Of a stretch of 44,247 nucleotides of DNA, positions 12,776 to 25,707 are shown one piece after another. The notes beneath the pieces were generated by a model. That model worked only from the letters and a program-made list of their open reading frames with translations. It searched no databases and was not told the DNA's origin. The stretch comes from Macrostomum lignano (lineage: Eukaryota). How positions within the stretch are numbered: position 1 is the stretch's first letter; every line of letters starts with the position of its first letter. The stretch is taken from contig NIVC01001421.1 of assembly GCA_002269645.1 (NCBI GenBank), positions 1 to 44,247 of the forward strand, read 5' to 3'. Position numbers and translations under genes: made by a program.

Positions 12776-12877
12776 CCGCAGCAATACTGACAGCCTGCCT
12801 ACTGTACCCGATTGGCTGGTCGGACAACCCGGAAGTGACCCAGGTGTGCGGCGTTGACTCGGGCGCCTTCCGTTCAG
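12776..12877 (+). CDS. LHFPL-family gene, exon 2 (102 nt)
   Basis: Acceptor CACGCAG|, donor CAG|GTAAGT. Encodes AAAILTACLLYPIGWSDNPEVTQVCGVDSGAFRS, matching LHFPL YP.GW...EV...CG. Phase 1 at both ends. Confidence 0.85.
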
Positions 12878-13874
12878 GTAAGTTCTTATAGTATTCAAGC
12901 CCAAGCTGAAAAATTATAGCAATGAAGAACTGTCATCACAGATGATGGGTTTCATCTTCCACAGCCTCTCAACATTTTCATCCTGGTCCTGATGGTCTAT
13001 TTCACTTATCTCAGCCTCCTTCGGAACTATTTTCTGCATCATTGACCAGAAATTGCTTTTTTTATTCCTCCATAAGCTGAGGCGCGAGGTGGTGCATCGC
13101 TGGAACAGCCGGCAGCCTTATGGCCAGTGTGAGACTCAGAAGGCCTGGACAAGTGTGTCCTGGGAGTGATTGGCCCTGCGGGAATCGGCTCTCATTCTCA
13201 CAGCAAGCTCCGCTCCCCCTTCTTCTTCTTCTTCAGCTGCTTTTTTTCTGAGAGCTGAACCGAACCGAGCTTTGTGCATTAATTATTAATTGCATTGCAG
13301 TTCAGCGAAAATTGGGCCTTTGCATGAAACCAAATTCCATTGGTTACTGTATGCTTGAGTGCTCAGCGAATTCCTGTGTGCGGGTCGGTTTCAGGCCTCA
13401 TAATTACTTCTCAGAAGCTATTCGCAGCGCAAATGATGCGTTATGCCGTATGAGTTCGCAGTGTCTTGCTGAGGCGGAATGGATGGATTGGAAGTATGAA
13501 TTAGCAATATGAGTTGAGTCACAGAGTCTGCTAGTTGTGTTTAGGATTGCGGTAGTTTTGGGTACAAGCTGTCCCATTTGTGACACAACTCTACTCTGGC
13601 ACCCTGCGTGACAAATACTCGTATGCTAATTAGCGCATCTGTAGCCAACAGCTCAGCTTTCGTACAGTGAAGGAACTGAGAGGTGTATTGTGATGTTTGC
13701 CTCGCTACACTTGTGCGGGGTCTACAATCTTATGGGTAATGGGGAAGTGATGAGTTCGATTTGATACATGTACATGTAGCATTGTTTGCTGACAGCTCAA
13801 AGCTGCTTAGGACTTTTAGGGGCTCACGATGGGTCTTGGATAATACTTGATAAAGAATATACATCGATAGGCAA

Positions 13875-15572
<1,698 letters not shown>

Positions 15573-16000
15573 AAGGATTGAGAAGCATAGGTTGCTGCAC
15601 GCTATAAAGTATACCCGATTGCGTAACAGAAGCTCTCGCAAATTGTTGACGGTGATTGAGATAATTCTATTCGATTTCGGAGGCCTAATGATCTGCAACG
15701 TGCTGCAGTAAAGGAAAACAGAATGTTTTCATGCATACAATCATTTTATATGTGGTAATTATAAGTACACAACAGTGCACATTCGTTTCATTTCAATTCA
15801 GACTTCAGCTAATAATCTAGCATGATTTTTGCAACGTGTCCTCTTCTTCGGCATCATTCCAATACTCTTTGAGTGCTCTGGCCTAGCTGTCAACTTTGTT
15901 TTTCATGCTTTTTTCCTTAGAGAGAATCCCGTTTTCTTTGAAAAGCATGCTGATTAGAAGGTAGATAGATAGGATCAGCGGCCCACGTCGTGTGATGACA

Positions 16001-16262
16001 GGGATTGCAGCCTAGTGGTTAGAGCCTTGGACTCATGGCTGGAAGGTCGGGGGTTCGATTTTCGATCCCCACTTAACTCTGCATTGCTTCAGTTCACCCG
16101 GCTGTAAAATGGGTGCCAGCATTAGCTGGGTAATTGAGTGTGTGTGTGGCGACCCCCCAGTCCTTGGGCTGAACAGCCGTAAGCAGCCTTCAGATGTGCC
16201 GCGCAATAGCTGCGGCTGAGCTGTCGGCTGTACATCTGGCCATTGGGGTAGGTGTAATAAAA
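16001..16262 (+). mobile_element. tRNA-derived SINE with CORE-like central domain, copy 1
   Basis: A-box-like GCCTAGTGGTTAGAGC and B-box GGTTCGATT, then CACTTAACTCTGCATTGCTTCAGTTCACCCGGCTGTAAAATGGG, which resembles the CORE-SINE consensus as I recall it. A homologous copy lies at 21273-21549 on the minus strand. Confidence 0.8.
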
Positions 16263-16590
16263 AAGATGGGGAACAATTATAGATAATAGATTAGAGCTTT
16301 TTAGACTGTTACGATATTCAGTGGTACGGCACCAACATACGAGTATTAAGCATGGATTCTAAAGAGTTTATTGTTTTCAATTATCTGGGCTGAAAGACCT
16401 TCAGGTACTAATAAATAAAGTAAGGTTTGACCCTAATGCTTGTGAATCGCACGGCAAGCCCGAGTCAATTTTAGAACCCAGGAATCAGACGCGATTACCG
16501 CTGAAGCTGGCCTACCTTCTACTTGCAAGTAATTTGCCATCTATGCTTCAACAAACAAAATTCGTTCTCAACTCTTCTTTCGAACGCCAG

Positions 16591-16868
16591 GCCGGTGCCA
16601 CATTGGCTGGGCCTACGCCCTGACCTGCGCCAGCGGCTTGCTGTCCTGCCTGACCCTCGCCGTGCCCATCCAGCTCGTTCGTGTCTGCTACGGAAAGCTG
16701 CCACAGCCGCAAACTCAGACACTGGACTCGCGGGGACCTCATCAGACGCTGCAGATGCCGATGCGGCCGTTCAGTCTGTCGGGAACAGCTCAGTCACAGC
16801 TTCTCCCTGATGCACTGAGCAGGTGGGAGCCAATTAGCAGAGGTTACCTTGGCACGGATGATCGCTGA
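16591..16868 (+). CDS. LHFPL-family gene, exon 3 (TM4 and cytoplasmic tail)
   Basis: Pyrimidine tract plus CGCCAG|. Encodes (G)RCHIGWAYALTCASGLLSCLTL, matching LHFPL G.C.IGWAY. The joined CDS is 858 nt (285 aa plus stop). A further donor at 16823 (AG|GTGGGA) cannot be excluded. Confidence 0.8.
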
Positions 16869-18239
16869 CACAGAGAGAGTGTGTGACAATCCTGATCCTA
16901 GACAAGTAATGGTAGTTATGCTGTTGTCCAGGCCGTATTGCACCTCCTCTATAGTACAAATATAACATTAATATTATCGAGAGTTTGATTTTGTCTCACG
17001 ATGAAATGACTGTGCATCAATTTTTCCCATGTTGTTTCTAACCGAAACGAGCCATAGTTTGCTCAATCTTGCTGTGATTGAATTTCGCATTGGGCAGTGA
17101 ATTTTATAGTTGATTGGGCTTTCGGGCCTGAATTTGGCTATAATGAACTTCGCACAGTTGCGAGTCGATTTAGCCCATATAAACGCATCATCAACGAACG
17201 CACCAAAGAACAGAAAATTATTAGTATTAGTATATCTATGGAGGCCAGCTGCATCTGCGTCACTCACGCCTTAATGTTTTGCACTGAAGCTACCTTGCTC
17301 TTAGGTTTTCGAAGGAGAGCTTATGGCTACACCCAATGAAGTATACAAGCTAATTTAAGAATACATAAGCTAATTTTAAAAAATAAAGGCAGCTGAAATG
17401 ACTTTGATAAGTTTAGAAGCCCAAGCTTGCAGGCGTAAACAACTTGCTAATTGGTTCAGCAATAATGTACGAGTACATTAGACAGTCCAACTGAAATGTA
17501 CATGGCAGCTTTAGGCTGGAATTCCGAGAAAGACAATAAAAATTTGGGCTGGGCGGGGGGTAGTGTGGAAAGGCGCGGTTGGAGGGTTTCAAGCTGGGGG
17601 TAAAAGCCAATAAATAAGTATTGCCTTTAAAATGCATTAAAATGCTTCCAATTTCAAACTTACACTACTGAACTGAAAGTAGCTTGCACGCGAATGTGCT
17701 AAGTGGCCATCTAGTTATTCTGGTATCTAGTATCGACAGATCGATAAGTTAGAAATATACGAATGCAACTAATATACCTAAAATTTTCTTGATACTTTAC
17801 TTACAGTACAAGTAGCAGAATATTACATGTATAAAAGTAATTATAATAAACTTTTATTTAACAATACTAGTTGTAAAATGTACATGAAAAATACGTAAAA
17901 TATATAATCGTATATAAAGCGTATCGATATAATACGCTCGTATGTTAAATCCATGCACAATCCTAATAAAACTAAGTTCTTAGTCGAGACACAACAAAAA
18001 TCTCCAGATTACTTCGTTTCTTAGAAATTCGGAACATAAATAGTGATAGATAGTTTTCTATTGTAAGCAGTTCGAAAGCTCAGCTTTATTTATAAAAAAG
18101 AATCAGATTTACATAAATTACTATAAAAGTCGTATAAATATTGTACATGGATTATAAAAGTAATCAAATAATTAACCATCGGAACCCTCTCGGGTCATGG
18201 CTGTTTTGCCAGGCATCGCTATCTCCAGGAAAATCCGTA

Positions 18240-18607
18240 GTGAGGAATGCCGGCCCTTTCTGTCTCTCTGGTGTCGGGAATGCGGAGCACTTCATCTGTA
18301 AATGCCCCGCATTTACTCAAGACAGGCTCGCCTACCTCATCTCCCGAAACCTGGGCCTTTCCCACGTTTTCAGGCCCAAGAACCTCTGCCAGCTAGTCCG
18401 CAATCTAAGGGCCACAGGGCGAGCGACCATCCACCTTCTGGACTCTCCGGAGGGGACCGCTCTGAGGACACCGGCACCACCGGATCTCCCTGCGTGACAC
18501 CGCAGCACCAGCTGCCCGTGGTCGCCAGGGGTTTGCGGAATGAGCGAAGACGCGCCATCGCTGTATCCGGATGCCCGGAGCCCCTTGCAGCTGAGTCAAG
18601 GTAAGTC
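18240..18607 (+). mobile_element. Non-LTR retrotransposon 3' end (CCHC knuckle remnant, 3' UTR, AGTCAAG tail), same family as 3062-3420
   Basis: Translates NAEHFICKCPAFTQDRL..RNLRATGR and ends CCCCTTGCAGCTGAGTCAAGGTAAGTC, like the 3062 and 19706 copies. Confidence 0.7.
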
Positions 18608-18609
18608 AT

Positions 18610-18960
18610 GTCAACATCGGCACGCAGAGCACTGCGGTCTTCTGCGTTTTGACCACCAAGCTGACACTCTCAGCAAAAGCAACCAGCCTGTCCAGCTGTC
18701 GCTGGGCACCCTCGACAGTCGAGGACAGCAGGGCGAGATAATCGGCGTAGCCAAGCACGCTGAGCCACCTCTCCGGTTGTCGTCGACCCACGCGTCACCG
18801 CCGCAGAAAGCTGTCGTCGTTGGTGGAAAAAGAGCCATTCCAGTCAAGCATCTGCAGCACCCAGTTAAGCACGAGAACGAACAGAAAAGTCGTGAGTGCA
18901 TCTCTCTGGAGCACTCCAGAGGAATCTCGAAAAGAGTCCGACAAACCGTTAAAAAGTCAC
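18610..18960 (-). mobile_element. Degenerate reverse-transcriptase fragment (RTE-like non-LTR)
   Basis: SGVLQRDALTTFLFVLVLNWVLQ (QGD region) and LGYADYLALLSST..GAQRQLDRL (YADD region, mutated), in different frames. Confidence 0.75.
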
Positions 18961-19705
18961 TTCAATAAGTTTAGGGCAATGCCCTTTATCTTGAGCGAAA
19001 TAACAATGAGAAGCTTTCTTCGTTTTAGACTCGCTTAGTTATGCGTCAATAATGAATGATCATTGGGGTTAGTTTACCATTGTGCAGTTTTTCCGTTCAT
19101 TAGATATCAGATCCTCGTGCACCCGTTTCAACGCAATCAGTAATTGCATTGCCGAACCTGCACTCGCCCACCAATGGGCAGAACTTCTTTCTTCAGTCCA
19201 GTCCATAATTGTATGCCTCATGGAAAGATGGAGAAAATTTTATTTAAGCCAAATTAGCTCGTATGCCAAACGTAAATGAGCAACGCGAGTGCATAAATTT
19301 AAAGATTTAACGTCAGACTTAGAGTACCAAAACAATTGAGATGCTCAACTATTCGTTCAAGAAGAACTTATTTTATGATCTGAGTTTACATGGACTCCAA
19401 TGAATTCCTCATTCATATCCTCCTCGCAAAAGCTTTGGGATCTTTGGGATCACTGTCGTTTTCAAGTGAAATCTATCGCACACAGACATACGAGCCCGTA
19501 CAAACAACTCATTTTTAGTATATAGGATTATTGATTATTTTACAGCGATTATTTTTTTATTTCTTTATAGCAATTGGCCGTGTTCAACTTCCGTGGACTT
19601 GAATTGTTAGTTGCTGTTATTATTGTTAGCAAGATGATAGCATCTTGTGAAGCTTGACTTAGTTTTATACGCTATTGAGCTGTGCGTTTGTTTCGTTCGA
19701 TCACA

Positions 19706-19780
19706 GCTTGACTGACTGACTTGACTTAGCTGCAGGGGCATCGTCCGGCGGATGCAGCGAGGAGGCGGAGGGGACCGCCC
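19706..19780 (-). mobile_element. Very short 3' tail fragment of the same LINE family
   Basis: Reverse complement reads CCTCCTCGCTGCATCCGCCGGACGATGCCCCTGCAGCTAAGTCAAGTCAGTCAGTCAAG. Confidence 0.6.
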
Positions 19781-20092
19781 ATTTCGCTAAGTCAATGTTT
19801 TATGTTTTATGCTTATGCGTTACCGTATTTTTGATTTGTAGAAATTAGATTGGATTTCTCATAAAGAAGTTGTTGGGAATACGAATTCTGGTTCGATTAC
19901 AATAGCATGAGTTGGCACCCTCGAGAGCCAACCCCCAAGGGATAGAGAGTTTTTTATTTTATTGCAAAGTCTCTATAGTCTATGCACATGATCTAGTCAA
20001 AACAGCGTGTAAAACAAAAACTGACTTAGCCAAAGAAGATGTAGAAAAGGTGTTGTTTCTCATAAACGAAACGTTGCCTGATCTTTCCGCAG

Positions 20093-20557
20093 GACTTCTT
20101 GTTTTTCGACACTTCGCTGAGGGATTCTCATCAACACTCGGGAGCGTATGCACATAGTGGTCAAATGGTGCAACAGCAGATGGCTTTTAACTTGCTGCAG
20201 CAGCCGTCACAGCAACCGTTCCAGCAGCCTGGTCTGCAACAGCAACTTTCTGGACAGCCGCTTCAGCAACCGTTCCAGCAGCCTGGTCTGCAACAGCAAC
20301 TTTCTGGACAGCCGCTTCAGCAACCGTTCCAGCAGCCTGGTCTGCAACAGCAACTTTCTGGACAGCCGCTTCAGCAACCGTTCCAGCAGCCTGGTCTGCA
20401 ACAGCAGTTTTCTGGACAGCCGCTTCAGCAACCGTTCCAGCAGCCTGGTCTGCAACAGCAGCATCAGCACTCAGAACAACAATTTGATAATCCAGCGATG
20501 AGTGCAGAGCAACTCTACTCAGTAAAAAAGGAGGACGGACAACCGGAGCGGCTCTAA
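20093..20557 (+). pseudogene. Scramblase paralog A: orphan terminal exon (DFLFFD plus Q/P-rich tail with 54-bp repeats)
   Basis: Acceptor TCCGCAG|GAC TTC TTG TTT TTC GAC matches the last exons of paralogs C (DFMYFD) and D (DFMLFD). About 4.7 copies of QQPFQQPGLQQQLSGQPL. No upstream scramblase exons were recognised. Confidence 0.7.
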
Positions 20558-21272
20558 CAGCTATTCGTTACGATATTTAAGGTTTTGACTCGTACTTATA
20601 TTACATATTAGACCACTTAGGGTGTTTAGGCTTTATGGATACTATCATTAAGGGGTGTTGTAGGAGTAACACAGTGATACGAGTAGAAATGTGCGCTCCA
20701 CAAACATATTGCCTTGCATGTGTGCTAACCCTGTATATATATATGAGCTCATTCCGACGAATGCGCACATTCCAAGAACTCTCATTACCCCGCCTTTAAT
20801 TATTAGTCACTAACTGCTACTTATTTATCTGGATCAAAGCGCTATTGAATTTGCTTTTTTAACATCTACTCTAGTATTGACACGTCCATTATTGGTTTCG
20901 AACGCTTTATTTTTTATTCGCATGTGGAAAAGGTAACAAAGTTCATTCGTGCAGAACTTGAGAGGAGTAGTTCTTATTTAAACTTGTCTGTATTTGAAGC
21001 ATTCTTACTTTAATCTACCTAAGTCATCAAGCATTTTTATCCTATAATTGATTCCGTTTGTTTCTATATACTTTCAAACTTAATTGACTATCTATATGGA
21101 GTTCTCTTCCCAACTTCCCAATTTTGCGTGCGCGCTAAATGCTGGTTGATAAGAAACTGCTTGCTTTCCTGATAAACAAAATCAGAATCTCGATAAAAAG
21201 CTTATCGCGTACTTATAGGCCTGTGTTCGCGTCCTAGCACAGAGTTGCGCCTAGTAACGCTGCTCCTCTTCT

Positions 21273-21549
21273 TAATAATAATAAAATAACTGATTACTCC
21301 TGCCCTAAAGGTCAGTTGTGCAACCGGCAGCTCAGCCGCAGCTATTGTGCGGCGCATCTAAAGGCTGCTTACGGCTGTTCAGTCCAGGGACTGGGGTCCC
21401 CACACACCCTCATTTACCCCCAGCTAATGCTGGCACCCAGTTTACAGTTAGATGAACTGAAGCAATGCAGAGTTACGTGGGGATCGGGAATCGAACCCCC
21501 GACCTTTAAGTCGTGAGTCTGACGCTCTAACCACGAGGCTACAACCCCC
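21273..21549 (-). mobile_element. tRNA-derived CORE-like SINE, copy 2, with (ATT)n tail
   Basis: Minus strand reads GGGGTTGTAGCCTCGTGGTTAGAGC...GGGGGTTCGATTCCCGATCCCCAC, and the body aligns by eye over ~250 nt with 16001-16262. Confidence 0.8.
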
Positions 21550-22163
21550 TTAGCTATCGTTATCGTGCTGTGGTATTTTTCCTGTTTCTTAAAAGCAGGT
21601 TAGAAGTTAATACTGATCAATGCATCTTGCAATACCATTAAGAGGATATCACTGTAAGCATTATTCAGTCTCGTTAAAAAGAGCTTTCAGTCAAGGAAAA
21701 TCATTTATGATCAGTCCTATCTTCTTCTATTAATATAGTTGCAATGTTCAGATCAACGAAATGTGCGATTGCTTGCCTTCAGGCCAGTCCCCTCAAGTAC
21801 GTCACAATGCAAGGGGGAAATAAATCGGTTAGGAGAGTCAAGAGGAAGTACAGGCGAACTCCATCTCTATAATGCAAACAAAAAGAAATCGTTAAAAATC
21901 TACTGTTTTCCAGTGCTCAAGCTTATGCTCCCAGGGAGAAGGCAATTGCGAAGCAATGTACTCTCTGCATGAGCCTTTGTGCACAGATTGTCTCTCCCCT
22001 ATACAGTAGACCCTAGGGGTGGGTCGCTCAGCCTTTTCTGACCCACAATTAAAAGCGACAAGACATGCCCATTAAATGTGAATTTTCTCGTCAGTTTTTT
22101 TCATAAAATTTGCAAGTCTCGAAAAAATTCAAGTTATAAAGGAATATTCGTCTCTTTCACCCT

Positions 22164-23268
22164 ATGATGAGCCATGTTGAGCCAGCGGCACCGCCGTATC
22201 CAGGACCCCCAGACTAGCGGCAGAAATATCAGGTTTCGTGGTTGAATCCACCCTTACGGTGAAACAGAAGCGATTCACAGAGGACTAGAGAATCCGTTGT
22301 CTTTGGAGACTGTGCTGCTGCAGCAGAAGAAGAATCTCATGTCCAGTGAGTATCCAGATTGTTCAATGAACTTGTTCAATAGTTTATGTTTTGTCAAATG
22401 CTTCGACCTGCAGTGCTGACTGCAATTCCAACGCAAACTTCTTACTCGTTGAAGATGGCAAACATTTTATTGTCGAGATATCGTGTCAACTCTCCCAAAG
22501 ATTGTCAAATCTTGAAATTTATACTTTGGTCTTCCATCGACTTAGATTTATTAAAAATAATTTGCACATCGTAGGCGTCTCATCAACCGCGTTCATTAGC
22601 TTGTTGTTTACACTCCACGATTCTCCTGTAGATTCCAACGCCCGCGAGCTTGGTCAGACTGACAGAGGCTGCACAACAATGAGCGTTGTGGATTGAAAAA
22701 AAAACGGAGAAGTGGCTCTGGTTGTTAAAAGTTCCTCTAAATTCAAATGCACGGATGAAATTATTGTCGAGTCCCCACCCGGAAAATTGGTTGTTGTTGT
22801 TGAGGATGCCAATGAACAGGCTGTGTTCCACATTCAGGGCATGAGGTGCTGCCTCTGCTGTGTGCTGGACGGGTCTCCTCGAGCTGCAGTGATGGAAGCG
22901 AGCGGCACTGGGAGACAAGTAGCCTCGATTATTAAAGAGCGTGCAACCGCTGCTCAAATGGTGACTCAAGGAGCAGACACATTTTCTATCAACATATCAA
23001 AGGATATGCCTCTGAATATGAAGATAACCCTGATTGGAGCCTGCGTTAGACTTGTAAGTCCCTAAATAAACACGTGACAACTGAATTTAACAGCTTCAAG
23101 TTGACTTCTAACGGTAGATGGCATTCCTCTGAGTGTTAGTCTCATACCTTTCTAGTTCTAGTTAACATGAAATTTATAATTTCACCCGTTTCATCACTGT
23201 TTCCAGCACCGCAGATTCAGACTCAAGAGCGAGAGCAAAATAAGAAGCGACATCACAAGCAGCTGTAG
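22164..23268 (+). pseudogene. Scramblase paralog B pseudogene (exons ~22164-22345, ~22411-22490, 22575-23053, 23215 onward)
   Basis: Homologous to C and D (LETVLLQQKKN, IIVESPPG, ADTFSINISKDMPLNMKITLIGAC). Exon 1 has a TAG and a frameshift, exon 3 has a TGA at ~22694 and a ~14-codon deletion after ESPPG, and the last exon has an early TAG. Confidence 0.8.
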
Positions 23269-23269
23269 C

Positions 23270-25707
23270 AGCAGCAGCAACAAACAGCATCAGAGACAGC
23301 AGCACAGACAGTAGCAGCAACAACAACAGCATCAGAGACAGCAGCAGAGACAGCAGCGAGACAGCAGCAGAGACAGCAGCAGAGACAGCAGCACAGACAG
23401 CATCAGAGACAGCCTCAGAGATAGCATCAGAGACAGCCTCAGAGACAGCATCAGAGACAGCAGCAGAGACAGCAGCAGAAACAGCAGCAGAGACAGCATC
23501 AGAGACAGCCTCAGAGACAGCATCAGAGACAGCATCAGAGACAGCATCAGAGACAGCAGCAGAGACAGCATCAGAGACAGCAGCACAGACAGCAGCAGAG
23601 ACAGCAGCACAGACAGCAGCACAGACAGCAGCAGAGACAGCAGCACAGACAGCAGCAGAGACAGCATCAGAGACAGCAGCAGAAACAGCAGCAGAGACAC
23701 AGCAGCAGCAGCAACAACAACAGCAGCAGAGACAGCAGCAGCAACAACAACAGCATCAGAGACAGCAGCATAGACAGTAGCAGCAACAACAACAGCATCA
23801 GAGACAGCAGCAGAGACAGCAGCACAGACAGCAGCAGAGACAGCAGCAGAGACAGCAGCAGAGACAGCATCAGAGACAGCCTCAGAGACAGCAGCAGAGA
23901 CAGCAGCACAGACAGCAGCAGAGACAGCATCAGAGACAGCAGCAGAAACAGCAGCAGAGACACAGCAGCAGCAGCAACAACAACAGCAGCAGAGACAGCA
24001 GCAGCAACAACAACAGCATCAGAGACAGCAGCATAGACAGTAGCAGCAACAACAACAGCATCAGAGACAGCAGCAGAGACAGCAGCACAGACAGCAGCAG
24101 AGACAGCAGCAGAGACAGCAGCAGAGACAGCATCAGAGACAGCCTCAGAGACAGCATCAGAGACAGCATCAGAGACAGCATCAGAGACAGCAGCACAGAC
24201 AGCAGCAGAGACAGCAGCACAGACAGCAGCAGAGACAGCAGCAGAGACAGCATCAGAGGCAGCAGCAGAGACAGCAGCACAGACAGCAGCAGAGACAGCA
24301 GCAGAGACAGCATCAGAGACAGCATCAGAGACAGCATCAGAGACAGCAGCAGAGACAGCATCAGAGACAGCAGCACAGACAGCAGCAGAGACAGCAGCAC
24401 AGACAGCAGCAGAGACAGCAGCAGAGACAGCAGCACAGACAGCAGCAGAGACAGCATCAGAGACAGCAGCAGAAACAGCAGCAGAGACACAGCAGCAGCA
24501 GCAACAACAACAGCAGCAGAGACAGCAGCAGCAACAACAACAGCATCAGAGACAGCAGCATAGACAGTAGCAGCAACAACAACAGCATCAGAGACAGCAG
24601 CAGAGACAGCAGCACAGACAGCAGCAGAGACAGCAGCAGAGACAGCAGCAGAGACAGCATCAGAGACAGCCTCAGAGACAGCAGCAGAGACAGCAGCACA
24701 GACAGCAGCAGAGACAGCATCAGAGACAGCAGCAGAAACAGCAGCAGAGACACAGCAGCAGCAGCAGAGACAGCATCAGAGACAGCAGCAGAAACAGCAG
24801 CAGAGACACAGCAGCAGCAGCAACAACAACAGCAGCAGAGACAGCAGCAGCAACAACAACAGCATCAGAGACAGCAGCATAGACAGTAGCAGCAACAACA
24901 ACAGCATCAGAGAGAGCAGCAGAGACAGCAGCACAGACAGCAGCAGAGACAGCAGCAGAGACAGCAGCAGAGACAGCATCAGAGACAGCCTCAGAGACAG
25001 CATCAGAGACAGCATCAGAGACAGCATCAGAGACAGCAGCACAGACAGCAGCAGAGACAGCAGCACAGACAGCAGCAGAGACAGCAGCAGAGACAGCATC
25101 AGAGACAGCAGCAGAGACAGCAGCACAGACAGCAGCAGAGACAGCAGCAGAGACAGCATCAGAGACAGCAGCAGAGACAGCAGCACAGACAGCAGCAGAG
25201 ACAGCAGCAGAGACAGCATCAGAGACAGCAGCACAGACAGCATCAGAGACAGCAGCACAGACAGCAGCAGAGACAGCATCAGAGACAGCAGCAGAGACAG
25301 CAGCACAGACAGCAGCACAGACAGCAGCACAGACAGCAGCAGAGACAGCAGCAGAGACAGCATCAGAGACAGCAGCAGAGACAGCAGCACAGACAGCAGC
25401 AGAGACAGCAGCAGAGACAGCAGCACAGACAGCAGCACAGACAGCAGCACAGACAGCAGCAGAGACAGCAGCAGAGACAGCAGCACAGACAGCAGCACAG
25501 ACAGCAGCAGAGACAGCAGCACAGACAGCAGCACAGACAGCAGCACAGACAGCAGCAGAGACAGCAGCAGAGACAGCAGCAGAGACAGCAGCAGAGACAG
25601 CAGCAGAGACAGCATCAGAGACAGCAGCAGAGACAGCAGCACAGACAGCAGCAGAGACAGCAGCAGAGACAGCATCAGAGACAGCAGCAGAGACAGCATC
25701 AGAGACA
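23270..25707. repeat. 12-bp CAG-rich minisatellite (CAGCAGAGACAG / CAGCACAGACAG / CATCAGAGACAG), left part
   Basis: Tandem array with ~263-bp higher-order duplications. It resumes at 30491 after the retrotransposon. Confidence 0.95.

Noticed and set aside
16001-16072. Possible tRNA gene (also 21478-21549, minus strand)
   Set aside because: The anticodon and acceptor stems do not pair properly, and both copies continue into a shared ~190-nt body, so they are SINE heads.
18240-18960. Twin-priming 5' inversion of a single LINE
   Set aside because: The inverted RT piece lies downstream of the tail, not upstream of the 3' segment, so the geometry does not fit.
19082-19279. Possible missing upstream exons of scramblase A
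   Set aside because: Only a weak ~25-nt resemblance to exon 2 of B, with no scramblase motifs or consistent splice sites.
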